From Mobula hypostoma (Eukaryota), in assembly GCF_963921235.1 (NCBI RefSeq), contig NC_086107.1, forward strand, positions 101,682,001 through 101,746,000: a stretch of 64,000 bases of DNA. The letters run 5' to 3'. Shown here piece by piece: positions 63,910 to 64,000 of this stretch (position 1 is the first letter of the stretch; the number at the start of each line of letters is the position of its first letter). The notes beneath the pieces were generated by a model. That model saw only the letters and a list, made by a program, of their open reading frames with translations, ran no database searches and was not told the origin of the DNA. The translations under genes were made by a program, and so were the position numbers.

Positions 63910-64000
63910 GCATAGACGGAGAGAATAATTAGCATGAATGTTGGAATGCAAAATAAGCTGTATTGTTCTGGAAAGTACTGAACATCTTAGGAGTTGTTGG

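Noticed and set aside
1..64000. CRISPR arrays, operons, rRNA/tRNA genes, retron-like or other prokaryotic RT systems
   Set aside because: None are present. All RT and nuclease ORFs are fragments of eukaryotic retrotransposons, and the tRNA-like sequences are SINE heads or the PBS.

Overview
This is vertebrate genomic DNA, most likely from a cartilaginous fish (inferred from the mix of CR1, Rex1, RTE, HERO, Penelope and V-SINE repeats). The only host gene I can identify is MEI1 (meiotic double-strand-break factor) on the minus strand. Five exons splice in frame with GT-AG boundaries (45241-45355, 39838-39954, 34760-34859, 23275-23409, 20042-20162), and there is a candidate short upstream exon at 61713-61744. 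The introns are largely filled with decayed transposable elements: a complete but mutated Gmr1-type Gypsy LTR element (integrase before RT), two near full-length RTE LINEs with TSDs, many CR1 and Rex1 LINE fragments (several nested), two HERO/R2-superfamily 3' fragments, Penelope fragments with minimal hammerhead ribozyme motifs, a Nimb/I-like LINE, SINEs and two Tc1 elements. One Tc1 is a rearranged, Sleeping Beauty-like copy that may reflect horizontal transfer. I found no convincing new multi-gene system. The best leads are the SB-like element, the hammerhead motifs and a shared motif in the two HERO 3' UTRs. All family and homology calls come from recalled motifs, not database searches.
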